The notes beneath the pieces are model-generated. The model saw nothing but the letters and a program-made list of their open reading frames with translations, had not been told where the DNA came from and searched no databases. Positions 22,760 through 33,772 of a stretch of DNA of 64,000 nucleotides are shown here, piece after piece. The stretch is from Oculina patagonica (taxonomy: Eukaryota): positions 6,820,001-6,884,000 of the forward strand of contig NC_135768.1 of NCBI RefSeq assembly GCF_052425735.1, in the 5' to 3' direction. The stretch's first letter is position 1. The number at the start of each line of letters is the position of its first letter. The position numbers were made by a program, and so were the translations under genes.

Positions 22760-25700
22760 TGTTGTAACAAGTTTTTAGTATAATATTTAGAAGATTTGTT
22801 TGTTTAAGTTTAAGCACGTTTTTAGTAACTTTATTGCCTTGCGAGCAGAAATTTGCATTTAGTGTTATAGCCACATCCTGTAACGAATATTAAATAGATA
22901 TGACTCAGCTTGTAAACAGATAAAGCAATCAATTGTTAGTGGTTTAGGGATCATTGTAATCGGATTATACTCGGTAATTATCAAAGAATAATTGTAGCCC
23001 ACGCTAAGGAAATTAGTATCAACCACAAGCGTTACGCGTTAGGAGCATAGTAAAGACCGCAGAGAAACAATAGTGAGCCGTAGCCAACTTAGGTTTGCGG
23101 CCGGACATACGTAGACAAGGCGTTTACGCCTAGTAATCATAAGATCTAGTGGATATTGTAATTTTAAGTCAGAACGATCGCTTAGAGCGACAAGATTGAT
23201 CAGAATGAATGTACGAATGCAGTTGCAATAAAGTGGAGAAAACGACAGATACAGTCCTGAGTGTTTGTTGAACCAGCCAGCGCGGGAGATTCCGCAAAAC
23301 GTGGTCCTTCGAGCCGGATAGATAGTTTGAAAGAATGTCGAACAAGAAAAAGAGAGCAGGCCATCGTGGATTCCTTAAGAAAGTCCTTGAAGACGTTGAC
23401 GCCTGTTTCGAGAACGAATTTGCCACTGTCAGAAAGTCTGAATTACAGAAATGGAAAGCCAGCCTGAAAGAACAACTTGACAATATTCTGCCGTTAGATG
23501 AGGAGATTCTGGCCGAGTTAGTTGCGGATGAAAAAGCGACTGAAGAGGAGATAGCGGAGGAGATCGAACGGAGTGGCCGATTGAAAGCGGACGCAACGCA
23601 AAGAGTGGCCGAAATCGAAGAAAGACTGGCCGAGCTCGCTGCCCCGCCATTCACGCCACCAGAACATCAGGAGAGTCCACCACCAAGCCCGAGTCATCTC
23701 ATCGATCACAGTCCGCCAAGTAGCCAACAAAAGACGGTACGAGTGAAACTTCCGAAACTAGAAGTGCGAAAGTTTAGTGGAAAACTTGGAGAATGGCAGG
23801 AGTTCTGGGACTCGTTTGAAAGTTCCATTCACTTGAACGATGGGCTTTCGAACGTGGACAAATTCTCATACCTGAGAAATTTGTTGCTAGAGCCAGCGAG
23901 ATCGGCAATTGGAGGATTCGCGCTGACGTCCGCTAATTACCAAGCAGCAGTAGAACTGCTAAAGAAACGATACGGTAAAAAGATCGCCGTTCAAAGAGCG
24001 CTTGTAAACGAACTGTTGAATGCGCGTCCCGTATTCAATGAGAGCGACACACCCAGACTGCGTAGCCTCCATGACTTCGCAGAAACCAAATATAGAGCGC
24101 TACAAGCCTTAAAAGTAGAAGAACAAAACTACTCGGAAATTGTCGTCCCAATGCTGCTGGAGAAGATCCCCGACTCCATTCGGCTGACTATCACGAGAGG
24201 GAAGGAGTATTTGGAGTGGTCATTGGGGGACATGCTGAACGCACTCCTGGTCGAAGTGGAACTGAGAGAGGACCAGTGTTCGACGCCGCGCCGAGTTGGG
24301 CCAAGCGATGGAAGAAAGGGGCCTCCAACCACAAGTGCGCTATTCACAAAGAAGGGAGATGATAGAAGATGTGCGTTTTGCCTCGGGAACCATCAACCGG
24401 AGGAATGTAAGAAAATCACAAACATGGACGAACGTAAGAAACTTTTATTTAAGTTTGGTAGATGCTTTAAGTGTATTCAACGGGGACATCGCGCCCGAGA
24501 TTGTCAAATTACTGTAAATTGCAAAATTTGTAAGGGTTTTCACAACACGTGTTTGTGTGACTCAAAATCGCAGCAAACCCGCGGGGGAGATTGTGGTCAA
24601 CCCACAGTCACGAGTAATCCGAATAGCATGCTTGTAGGTACGGAAAGTAGAATTGCGCTCCAAACTGCCCAAGCCTTAATTAAGGGGAGGGTACAGGGAA
24701 GGGTGAGAGTTTTATTTGATTCAGGAAGTCACAAATCATTCATAACAGTTAAGGCCGCGAGTGATTATGGCTTAGAAGTTGTAAGAAAGGAGTGGGTTAG
24801 CATTAATACGTTCGGGCATAAAGCCAAAGAAACGGGATTGAGGGAAGTCGTCCAGTTTGACATAATGCCTCTACAGGCCGATCGGGCGCTTAGGCTTGAA
24901 GCTTATGTTGTGCCGGAAATATCCAACATAACCAACGAGCACGTAGAGGTCGTCAAAAACGATTACCCGCACTTGCGTGATCTGTGGTTTTCAGACGTTT
25001 GTCAAACAAAGGAAGAACTCGTAATAGATTTGTTGATAGGATCGGATTACTTGTGGGAGTTTCAGAAGGGGAGAACAATACGGGGGGAGCCAGAAGAACC
25101 CGTAGCAGTAGAGACTGAGCTTGGATGGGTATTGTCGGGTCCCCTAAAAAGAAAAGATTCAGACAGTAGACAGGAAGTGTCAGTAAATTTCGTAGCACAG
25201 AACAGTGTAGCGATAGACAGAGATAGTTTAGAGAGCACAGTTAGAAAGTTGTGGGATTTAGAGAGTTTAGGAATCAAAGCAAGCGATGAGGTGCACGAAT
25301 CGTTCGAGAGTGATATTAACTTCATTGAAGGTAGGTATTCGGTTAAGTTGCCTTGGAAACAAGGTCACGACACCCTTCCCAGTAATTATGCAAACAGTTT
25401 GTCACGCATGAAAGGCCAAATTAAAAGATTAGGTAAGGAATCGGAAATACTTGAGGAGTACGATTCTATCATCAAAGAGCAATTAAATTCGGGTGTTATT
25501 GAAAAGGTGGCGGAATTAGAGGGGGCGGGCAAGGTTCATTATTTGCCTCATCAAGCTGTCATTCGCAAGGATGCGGAAACCACAAAGCTGAGAATAGTTT
25601 ATGATGCCTCTTCAAAAGAAGGTAAGAAAGGGACTTCGCTGAACGACTGTCTACATACCGGGCCATCTTTGAACCCCTTACTTTTTGATATACTTGTACG

Positions 25701-28700
25701 GTTCAGGGAAAATAGGGTCGCGCTTGTCGGTGACATCGAAAAAGCATTTTTGAATGTATCGGTAGATGTAAATGATCGCGATTGTTTGAGGTTCCTGTGG
25801 GTGGATGACGTGCGTGACAGCAAATCGAGCGTTACTGTGTATCGTTTTTGTCGAGTTGTTTTTGGATTGAATGCGTCACCCTTCCTGCTTAATGGAACAA
25901 TAAGGCATCACCTAGCAACCTTTGCAGAAGTCGATCCTGAATTTGTTAGAAAAATGGTCGAAAGTTTTTACGTAGACGATCTGGTTTCGGGTGAGAGCAC
26001 AACCGACAAGGCGTACAATCTGTACAGCAAAGCAAAGGTCAGAATGGCAAACGGAGGGTTCAATTTGCGAAAGTGGAAAACCAACTGCCCGAAGTTGAAA
26101 GAGAGAATCGGATCGATTGAGACGCCCACAACAAAACAGGAAATGGTGAGAAGACTAGAAGATGAAGAAACGTATGCGAAGTCAAAATTAGAATCCCAAG
26201 GGGGGACGAAGGGAGAAAAGGTTCTGGGTGTTATATGGAATTGTGAATCGGACACCTTCCACCTTAGCCTTGCGCATATCGCAGAAAAGGCGAAAGATCT
26301 AGAACCCACCAAGCGTAACGTTTTGAGCTTGTTAGCCAGCTTGTTCGATCCTTTGGGGCTAATTAGCCCAGTGACGGTTAGCATGAAGATTCTTTTTCAG
26401 GAAATTTGTAGTAGCGGGCTTGATTGGGACGAAACGTTGACAGGGGAAATTAATGGGCAATTGTGCAAATGGGTCAAAGATTTGTTGCAAACGAAGGAAA
26501 TTAAGGTCAGTAGGTGTCTGTATGAATCGAGTGAGAGTGTGACAGAGTGTTATTTACATGGATTTGGAGATGCGAGTAAGAGAGCGTACTGTGCAATGGT
26601 TTACCTCGTGTACCGTACGGCTGATGGTCAGGCCCATGCGAGCTTAGTTGCGAGTAAAACGAGAGTCGCCCCCTTAAAAGAACTCTCCATTCCACGTTTG
26701 GAATTGATGTCAGCGAGAATATTGGCACAATTGATGAACACGGTGTGTAACGCGTTACAGTCACAGGTTAAGGTAGATGGCGTGAGATTTTGGATGGACA
26801 GCAAAACAGCGCTCAGCTGGATCCAAAACAAAGGCGAATGGAAGCAGTTCGTACGACACAGAGTAGACGAGATCCTCAGGCTGACGAACAAGGAGGAATG
26901 GGCGTATTGTTCAACCTTGGAAAACCCGGCAGATCTTGGTTCGAGAGGAGTGCTAGCTTCCCAATTGGAAGAAGACGAACTTTGGTGGCGTGGTCCGCGA
27001 TGGTTGACAGGAAAGAAAGAAGATTGGCCAGTCACGAACGAGAATTTTCAAACTCCCGAGACCACATCCGAAGAGAAGAAGAGCACATCAGTAATGTTGG
27101 TCGAAACGAAAGAAGAGACCACAGCAGTGGTAATCGTGAATGATTACAGCAAGCTGCAAAGGTTAGTGTGTGTGACCGCTTGGGTGAGACGGTTCGTGAA
27201 CAATTTAAAGGCGAGTTTGAAGCGAAAGGAAATCATAAAGCGGACAGGTAGGTTGGAAGTGAGTGAGTTAATTGAGGCGGAGATCGAACTGATTAAGTTG
27301 GCCCAAAACGAATTGAAGAATCAAGGCAACTTCAAACAGCTGGTAAGTGAACTTGGCGTTGTAGAGCAAGAAGGGATTTTTAGATGCATGGGTAGGCTTG
27401 TTAATTCAGATTTAGAGTTTGATGCTAGAAGACCCATCATTCTACCAAGGAAGCATCACTTGACTAAGTTGATTATCCGAGATTGTCACGAGAGGGTACA
27501 CCACAATGGTGTGAGGGCTACATTAGCCGAATTACGATCGAAGTACTGGGTGCCAAGGGGCAGACAAGAAGTGAAGGGGGTCCTGAGCGAGTGTGTTACT
27601 TGTAAGAAACTTAAGGGAAAGCCGTACAGTTCCCCACCAACCGCCGCACTGCCAGAGTTTAGAGTCACGGAAGCCCCACCATTTTCGAAGGTAGGTGTCG
27701 ATTTTGCTGGGCCCCTCTACGTGAAGAGTAAGTCAGGAGAAATGGAGAAAGTTTATATTGCGTTGTTTTCGTGTTGCGTGACCAGAGCAGTTCACTTAGA
27801 ATTAGTAGAAGATTTGTCTGCCGCCGCGTTTAGACGTTGTTTGAGAAGATTCACTGCGAAAAATGGAATGCCTGCTCTCATTGTGTCGGACAACGCAAAA
27901 ACATTTCAAGCAACCGAGAAAGCCTTAAACGAGTTATTCAACCATCCAGAAGTTCGTGCAGAATTAGAGTATAGGAGGATAGAGTGGAAGTTTAATTTAG
28001 AAAGGGCACCCTGGTGGGGAGGATTTTTTGAAAGGATGGTTGCGAGTGTGAAAGATTGTTTAAGAAAGACATTAGGAAATGCCAGGCTGTCGTATGAGGA
28101 GCTATTAACAGTGCTCGCAGAAGTAGCGTGTACGCTAAACACAAGGCCGTTGACCTACGAGTACAGTGAAGTGGACGAGGAGGTGTTAACACCTTCTCAT
28201 TTGATCTATGGGCGAAGAATTAAATCAATCCCGGATGAGATTGTGGAACCAGATGATGTGGTAAGTGAGACGCAATGTTCCGCGAGGTTTAAATATCTAA
28301 GTACTCGGTTAGCTCACTTTTGGAACTGGTGGCGAAGGGAATATTTAGCAAATCTGCGAGAATTTCATAGGTGTCAGGTACGAAATCAGAATAGAACGAT
28401 AGAATTAGGAGATGTAGTTGTAGTGTACGACGAGGAAAAGAAAAGAGGGGAGTGGAAATTAGGAGTGGTAGAGAGCCTTGTGAAGGGTAAGGACAGTATA
28501 GTTAGAGGAGCCAACGTAAGGGTGGTTACGAAAGGGAAGCCAACACGCTTATCCAGGCCAGTGCAAAAATTATACCCCTTGGAAATAACAAGTAAGCGGG
28601 AGGGATTACCACAAACGGACTGCGTTGTGAAATCTGTAGAAACTCCCACAAGAACCGTCCCTCGGCGAAAAGCAGCGTTAGATTCTCGTTGGAAATCGCG

Positions 28701-29279
28701 CCTAATGCTTGACTCGTAGACGAGTCAAGGAGGGGAGAGTGTTGTAACAAGTTTTTAGTATAATATTTAGAAGATTTGTTTGTTTAAGTTTAAGCACGTT
28801 TTTAGTAACTTTATTGCCTTGCGAGCAGAAATTTGCATTTAGTGTTATAGCCACATCCTGTAACGAATATTAAATAGATATGACTCAGCTTGTAAACAGA
28901 TAAAGCAATCAATTGTTAGTGGTTTAGGGATCATTGTAATCGGATTATACTCGGTAATTATCAAAGAATAATTGTAGCCCACGCTAAGGAAATTAGTATC
29001 AACCACAAGCGTTACGCGTTAGGAGCATAGTAAAGACCGCAGAGAAACAATAGTGAGCCGTAGCCAACTTAGGTTTGCGGCCGGACATACGTAGACAAGG
29101 CGTTTACGCCTAGTAATCATAAGATCTAGTGGATATTGTAATTTTAAGTCAGAACGATCGCTTAGAGCGACAAGATTGATCAGAATGAATGTACGAATGC
29201 AGTTGCAATAAAGTGGAGAAAACGACAGATACAGTCCTGAGTGTTTGTTGAACCAGCCAGCGCGGGAGATTCCGCAAAA
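22760..29279 (+). mobile_element. BEL/Pao LTR retrotransposon 2, intact
   Basis: ~540-bp LTRs from 22760 and 28740, identical by eye; PBS tggtccttcgagccgg (tRNA-Tyr); PPT aaggaggggagag; TSD (AAA)ATAGG. Confidence 0.96.
23335..28719 (+). CDS. BEL/Pao Gag-Pol polyprotein
   Basis: Zinc knuckles, LFDSGS, GDIEKAF/YVDD, GFGDAS, GVDFAGP/VSDNAKTF. Confidence 0.96.
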   Translation: MSNKKKRAGHRGFLKKVLEDVDACFENEFATVRKSELQKWKASLKEQLDNILPLDEEILAELVADEKATEEEIAEEIERSGRLKADATQRVAEIEERLAELAAPPFTPPEHQESPPPSPSHLIDHSPPSSQQKTVRVKLPKLEVRKFSGKLGEWQEFWDSFESSIHLNDGLSNVDKFSYLRNLLLEPARSAIGGFALTSANYQAAVELLKKRYGKKIAVQRALVNELLNARPVFNESDTPRLRSLHDFAETKYRALQALKVEEQNYSEIVVPMLLEKIPDSIRLTITRGKEYLEWSLGDMLNALLVEVELREDQCSTPRRVGPSDGRKGPPTTSALFTKKGDDRRCAFCLGNHQPEECKKITNMDERKKLLFKFGRCFKCIQRGHRARDCQITVNCKICKGFHNTCLCDSKSQQTRGGDCGQPTVTSNPNSMLVGTESRIALQTAQALIKGRVQGRVRVLFDSGSHKSFITVKAASDYGLEVVRKEWVSINTFGHKAKETGLREVVQFDIMPLQADRALRLEAYVVPEISNITNEHVEVVKNDYPHLRDLWFSDVCQTKEELVIDLLIGSDYLWEFQKGRTIRGEPEEPVAVETELGWVLSGPLKRKDSDSRQEVSVNFVAQNSVAIDRDSLESTVRKLWDLESLGIKASDEVHESFESDINFIEGRYSVKLPWKQGHDTLPSNYANSLSRMKGQIKRLGKESEILEEYDSIIKEQLNSGVIEKVAELEGAGKVHYLPHQAVIRKDAETTKLRIVYDASSKEGKKGTSLNDCLHTGPSLNPLLFDILVRFRENRVALVGDIEKAFLNVSVDVNDRDCLRFLWVDDVRDSKSSVTVYRFCRVVFGLNASPFLLNGTIRHHLATFAEVDPEFVRKMVESFYVDDLVSGESTTDKAYNLYSKAKVRMANGGFNLRKWKTNCPKLKERIGSIETPTTKQEMVRRLEDEETYAKSKLESQGGTKGEKVLGVIWNCESDTFHLSLAHIAEKAKDLEPTKRNVLSLLASLFDPLGLISPVTVSMKILFQEICSSGLDWDETLTGEINGQLCKWVKDLLQTKEIKVSRCLYESSESVTECYLHGFGDASKRAYCAMVYLVYRTADGQAHASLVASKTRVAPLKELSIPRLELMSARILAQLMNTVCNALQSQVKVDGVRFWMDSKTALSWIQNKGEWKQFVRHRVDEILRLTNKEEWAYCSTLENPADLGSRGVLASQLEEDELWWRGPRWLTGKKEDWPVTNENFQTPETTSEEKKSTSVMLVETKEETTAVVIVNDYSKLQRLVCVTAWVRRFVNNLKASLKRKEIIKRTGRLEVSELIEAEIELIKLAQNELKNQGNFKQLVSELGVVEQEGIFRCMGRLVNSDLEFDARRPIILPRKHHLTKLIIRDCHERVHHNGVRATLAELRSKYWVPRGRQEVKGVLSECVTCKKLKGKPYSSPPTAALPEFRVTEAPPFSKVGVDFAGPLYVKSKSGEMEKVYIALFSCCVTRAVHLELVEDLSAAAFRRCLRRFTAKNGMPALIVSDNAKTFQATEKALNELFNHPEVRAELEYRRIEWKFNLERAPWWGGFFERMVASVKDCLRKTLGNARLSYEELLTVLAEVACTLNTRPLTYEYSEVDEEVLTPSHLIYGRRIKSIPDEIVEPDDVVSETQCSARFKYLSTRLAHFWNWWRREYLANLREFHRCQVRNQNRTIELGDVVVVYDEEKKRGEWKLGVVESLVKGKDSIVRGANVRVVTKGKPTRLSRPVQKLYPLEITSKREGLPQTDCVVKSVETPTRTVPRRKAALDSRWKSRLMLDS

Positions 29280-30778
29280 ATAGGCTCAATATTCACGGTA
29301 GTAACATGATGCAGGCAAATCTCCATATGGGTGGGTATAATATAACCCATCTAAAAAACCCAACCAATGATACAGACGCTGTAAACAAAAAATACATGCT
29401 TGATCATGTTGATAGCAGTCATATAACTTCCGTTGGTCAAGAAAACACGTTTGCCCATATAATGACCGATAGTATCAATCAATTAAGTGAGGAAGATGAT
29501 ATCGAGTTAGGCAGTTTAATCGATCATCCGAATTCATACCATAAGATCAATACGAAAGTTGTAGACAGTAAGCTGGTACTTGACAGCAATAAAGGCTACT
29601 ACTCAAGCAGATTAGGTATCAATGTATATAGTTTACCAATCAATCGATACACAATGGTTTTCGAGCTATTTTTTCCAGCTGAAATAGATCATGATAGTCT
29701 AGATATCGATATTGTTTCATCAATCGACAACATCGACAAATCAACTACGCGAGTTTATGATGGATATAGTCGAACAATAGCACAAATTAATAAATATCAA
29801 CAACATCCTAATAATTATCTCTATGTTGATATCGTTTTAAAGATGAAATCAGGGAACGCATATGTCCCAAAATTACAAACATATATCGTGATTTATGGAA
29901 TAAAAGGTTATCAGAGTAACGTTGATCCTAGGATATACGATCAGCTATATTATGTTGAAAATGATAGAATAGCTTTCAATGCATCAATTGATATGAAAAC
30001 AAAGGCTATTTATGGTATTAAACCAGCTACTACTAATGACCAAGCTGTTAATTATGAACAGTTAAAAAATTTTCGGGATAATTTGAAGTCTGATCTTGAA
30101 TTAAAAATGGATAAAAAAAGAAACATCAGCTATTACCATAAAATTTTTGAGTATTTTTATGATCTAACGGATCCATCTGAATTCATCATGGCAGATGCAA
30201 ACGGATCGATAATCCAGGGATTAAATAATGGTCTTGTGTTTTTCCAATCAAAAATGCTAGCAGATTTTGATCCAAAGAATGGGTTTTTTGGTGTTTTCGT
30301 AATAAATTTAAATGAAAATATCACTGAATCTAATGACTACACTATATATATATCATTCAAAAACAGCTATAAACTAGGTGATAATAAAAGAATTAAAATA
30401 GAATTAGGCAACGAGGGTAGCTTTCATTTCCCATGGATAAAAGTAGAGAATAATAAGTTAGCACTTGAATATGATTTAGATTCATATACAGAGCAAATCA
30501 GAGATGTTTATATAACTAAATTTTTAAACCTCTGGTATACTAAAATAGGTAATCAATTTAGAATCGCTGTTTGCAATAATGTTATGAGTATTGATCAAAC
30601 ATTTTCTGGGTTTAATATCAATACATCTAGCATTAAAATTTCTTCAGATTACTTTGTACAAAGAATCGGTTTTAGTAACACAGCAATGTCAGTGAATAGT
30701 AAAGAGTATCACAAAGTCATGTTTATAGACAAAGCTGAAGGAATTTTCTTTGAATAAATTTATCTAACTCACTATTAT

Positions 30779-30883
30779 ATGAAAACTCCAGATTTAATAC
30801 ATGAGATACTGAAAACTATTGAACGATTGATCCAAAATATAAGGAAATTGTATAACAGAATGAAAAATAGAAATAAAACATAG
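30779..30883 (+). CDS. 34-aa amphipathic basic peptide (below ORF-track cutoff)
   Basis: MKTPDLIHEILKTIERLIQNIRKLYNRMKNRNKT; fills the intergenic gap and has its own TCTA motif. Confidence 0.5.
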   Translation: MKTPDLIHEILKTIERLIQNIRKLYNRMKNRNKT

Positions 30884-30901
30884 TCTAACCATATAATATA
30901 T

Positions 30902-31390
30902 ATGCCGAAACAACGCAAAAATATATTCGAATGGAACCATATTAGTGACAAGTTAAATCAAGCGCAAATTCAAGAATTAAAAGAATACTACAGAGTATAC
31001 CATAAGAAGTGTTGGTGTTATAAAAAAGCTACAAAAAGCTTTAGAAGGCTGAAATTAATAGGCAATTCGCTGGCTATTTTATTCGCTTCAGGAGGCATAG
31101 TATCGTCCATTTCAACTGGTGGTATCAGCCTGATTGCAATCAGCACGGGAGCTTTATTGATACAAGGCTGGCTTCAGCATCAGAATCTCGATTTAAAAAT
31201 TCAAAATGGAATTTTTGCTTATCAAAGCTATCAGCATTTGCTTAATACAATAAAATTCATGTTAAGAACAGGGGAATATGAACTATCCAATATCTTTTTA
31301 ATGATGAAAACTACTGACGACTACATATGCGATACCGGTCCAATAATCGATCGGTATCTGCTCAAGTATGATGATAAATTTACCAAATAA
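30902..31390 (+). CDS. Polinton membrane protein (hydrophobic hairpin)
   Basis: Gly/Ala-rich hydrophobic stretch LIGNSLAILFASGGIVSSISTGGISLIAISTGALLI; TCTA motif upstream. Confidence 0.7.
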   Translation: MPKQRKNIFEWNHISDKLNQAQIQELKEYYRVYHKKCWCYKKATKSFRRLKLIGNSLAILFASGGIVSSISTGGISLIAISTGALLIQGWLQHQNLDLKIQNGIFAYQSYQHLLNTIKFMLRTGEYELSNIFLMMKTTDDYICDTGPIIDRYLLKYDDKFTK

Positions 31391-31934
31391 TCCGTGCGAT
31401 CTGGGCCGATTTTAATGCTAAAATCTCACCCCAATACCGATCATTAAAAGCTCGCGTTTTTTTTGATTTAGTAACACAGATGAAATTGTATGGGATACCG
31501 AGCATTTTAAACAGCTGTCTTATAATATATTTCGTTGAGATCATCCTCTTTCTTCTTTTATTTATAGATGGAAGAATAGTATCGATCTCATGAAACACTT
31601 TGTAAATCTTATCGCGCTGATTATGAGACAATTGAACTCCATTTTTAATACATAAATCGTTTAAAACATTCTCAATGTGGTATTTACGATGATAGATGCT
31701 TTTACGCCATATCTTGTGTCTGTTCTCGTAAAAATCAAAATACTCGCTAACATATTCATAATTCTGAGCCCCGCAATTTCGACATACTGTTGAATAGGCA
31801 TCTTCTAAAATATCCTGTTTATCACAGCAATGGTCAACAAAATTATCTCCTGCATATAATAACTCATTGCAAAAAATACAAGAACCCTCACCCATTATTT
31901 TTAAATCGCTATGTATCTGTGTATCACAAAACAT
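31380..31934 (-). CDS. Poxvirus/NCLDV late transcription factor VLTF3 (A2)-like protein
   Basis: Zn-ribbon CRNCG; YHRKYH; F..I..RRKRMIS..YII..LFKMLG; KSKKT..NDRYWGEI pattern recalls VLTF3; ATG at 31934. Confidence 0.7.
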   Translation of the reverse strand: MFCDTQIHSDLKIMGEGSCIFCNELLYAGDNFVDHCCDKQDILEDAYSTVCRNCGAQNYEYVSEYFDFYENRHKIWRKSIYHRKYHIENVLNDLCIKNGVQLSHNQRDKIYKVFHEIDTILPSINKRRKRMISTKYIIRQLFKMLGIPYNFICVTKSKKTRAFNDRYWGEILALKSAQIARIIW

Positions 31935-32464
31935 CTCATATATAAATATATTTATATAAAGATGGTTCAAGGCAATAGAATTAAGTTATATCGTCTAAAA
32001 TGCAATTATGGAAACACTCGTAATTGAATACGCAACGCATATATTTCGTCCTTTTTCGGAAAATCCCAGCTAAATTCACGATACAATAACCAATTTTATC
32101 AACACTTTGTTAAGGTCGTTTTCGCTCACAACCATCGCAGACTTCGGCATCGAATAAACTTTTTGAGTAAATTTTACTCAAAAAGTTTATAATAAAAAAA
32201 ATTCTTACTCATGACCTTGAAAAGTAATGATGACTCATTTTCCTGGGAGATCCCCTATAGTTGATTGGCAGAGTAATACAGCTTCACAAAAATATTTCAC
32301 AAAATGAATAACGTTTCACAAAAATATTTCACAATTGTGAATCAAAATATGTAGTTTTCGATTGGCTAAAAAATCATATGAAGAAGCATTTTAAATATTA
32401 ATCATTTCAAAACCGTTGGGGATCCAGCCCTGATTTGCATAGACTGAATAAATATGTATTTATA

Positions 32465-32758
32465 TCACAAACATTGCTTCTGAGAAGACACATGCTGATC
32501 CTTACGAGGTCTTCCACGTCGCCGTTTCAGTTGTGTATGTTCAATCTGGTCTTCAAGTATACACTCTAAACATATATGATTTTTGTCTTCATTTGATATT
32601 TCAGATCTGCTGTTATGGTCTGAAGATAGCATTTTAATAATACTAATATTAGCGTCAAGGATGCTCTGAATACACCACATTTTATTAATGAAAACTATAT
32701 CATTCGAGCTTTCATCAGCTTCTGGTTGGTGTTTGATATTTAATGTAATATCACTCAT
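32465..32758 (-). CDS. Small protein with AT-hook
   Basis: KRRRGRPRK near the C-terminus; ATG at 32758 in an AT-rich context. Confidence 0.5.
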   Translation of the reverse strand: MSDITLNIKHQPEADESSNDIVFINKMWCIQSILDANISIIKMLSSDHNSRSEISNEDKNHICLECILEDQIEHTQLKRRRGRPRKDQHVSSQKQCL

Positions 32759-32922
32759 TCTATATATATTAATAAAGAAAATAATTATCTGTTTATATCT
32801 ATCACTTAAACGCATTATAAAAAACATATAAAGAGATGAATCTATATTATATTGAATTACACAGTATAATATACGCTGTTATCGCTGTTTTGACAGCCAA
32901 AAATATGCTTGTTTCTGGCTAT

Positions 32923-33675
32923 CTATTTGCAGTTCTGTCTGTGATTATACTTCGATGGGTTTCTCATTGATTTATTGCATTTTGGGCAAGTAAACTCCTT
33001 CTGTCGCCATCTATCTAATGCTTCCTTTCGACGTTCCTTTTTGTCTTCAGGTGAAACCTTTTTCGGTCGAATATTGGCTGATTTGATGCAATCATCAGGC
33101 ATGTCTTCTTTGTTTACATATTCAAATTTATATCTTTCTCCGTCCTTTTTCGAGATACCGCTATGGCAGTTATTCAGGTTTGAACAGACCATTTGCACAA
33201 TACCTACATTGATTCCAAGATGCTTTTCTACTACATACATACTGTTGAAATACAATTCTTCTTTCGTTCTTTGGTTGATAGCCTTGATATATCGTCGGTT
33301 CTTACAATTGTTTTTAACAAATGTATAATCACGCGTTTTTGCGCTCTTCATACAATTCTCCTGCTGACTCATCAATTGCAAGTTACACAATCGATTGTCA
33401 GTCTTGTCATTATTAATATTATCAATCACCATTCCATCTGGTATTATATCGTTGAAACATTCCCATACAAATCTATGAACCTGGTAGCATTTGTGGCCTG
33501 ATTGACCATGTTTTCTAACACTACAACTCATATAACCGCTATGATTCTTGGTCCCCTTATGAGGCGGTGCTCTCTTAAAAATATGTATAATATTCCCTTC
33601 AATATCAGCTCCGTAAAGATCATACATTGGGTGAATATAGTATTCAATATCATTAATTCTCATTGTCATTATCAT
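32923..33675 (-). CDS. HNH homing-endonuclease-like protein with NUMOD-like region and C-terminal zinc finger
   Basis: VHRFVWECF..VIDNINNDKTDNRLCNL; CPKC..H..C. Confidence 0.8.
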   Translation of the reverse strand: MIMTMRINDIEYYIHPMYDLYGADIEGNIIHIFKRAPPHKGTKNHSGYMSCSVRKHGQSGHKCYQVHRFVWECFNDIIPDGMVIDNINNDKTDNRLCNLQLMSQQENCMKSAKTRDYTFVKNNCKNRRYIKAINQRTKEELYFNSMYVVEKHLGINVGIVQMVCSNLNNCHSGISKKDGERYKFEYVNKEDMPDDCIKSANIRPKKVSPEDKKERRKEALDRWRQKEFTCPKCNKSMRNPSKYNHRQNCK

Positions 33676-33772
33676 ATTAATTTAAGTAAGTACCAAACGT
33701 TTAAGTACTTTATGAGAAATATTTTTTAAAAAGCTACTTATAGGATTGATGATATATATATAATAAACAAAA

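Larger units (their letters stand above)
22205..30757 (+). pseudogene. Fibre/spike-like protein split by a BEL/Pao element (join 22205-22759, 29285-30757; ~675 aa)
   Basis: Rejoins in frame SIQNRLNIHGSNMMQ; recurring (D/H)MxxxxIxxLxxPxxxxDAxNxxY neck-like motifs. Confidence 0.75.

Noticed and set aside
28708-28729. 10-bp hairpin over the BEL2 stop codon as a readthrough signal to an env gene
   Set aside because: PPT and LTR follow immediately; there is no downstream ORF
23169-28750. Many minus-strand and off-frame ORFs over the BEL polyproteins, pPolB and GNAT genes
   Set aside because: Shadow ORFs with no recognisable motifs
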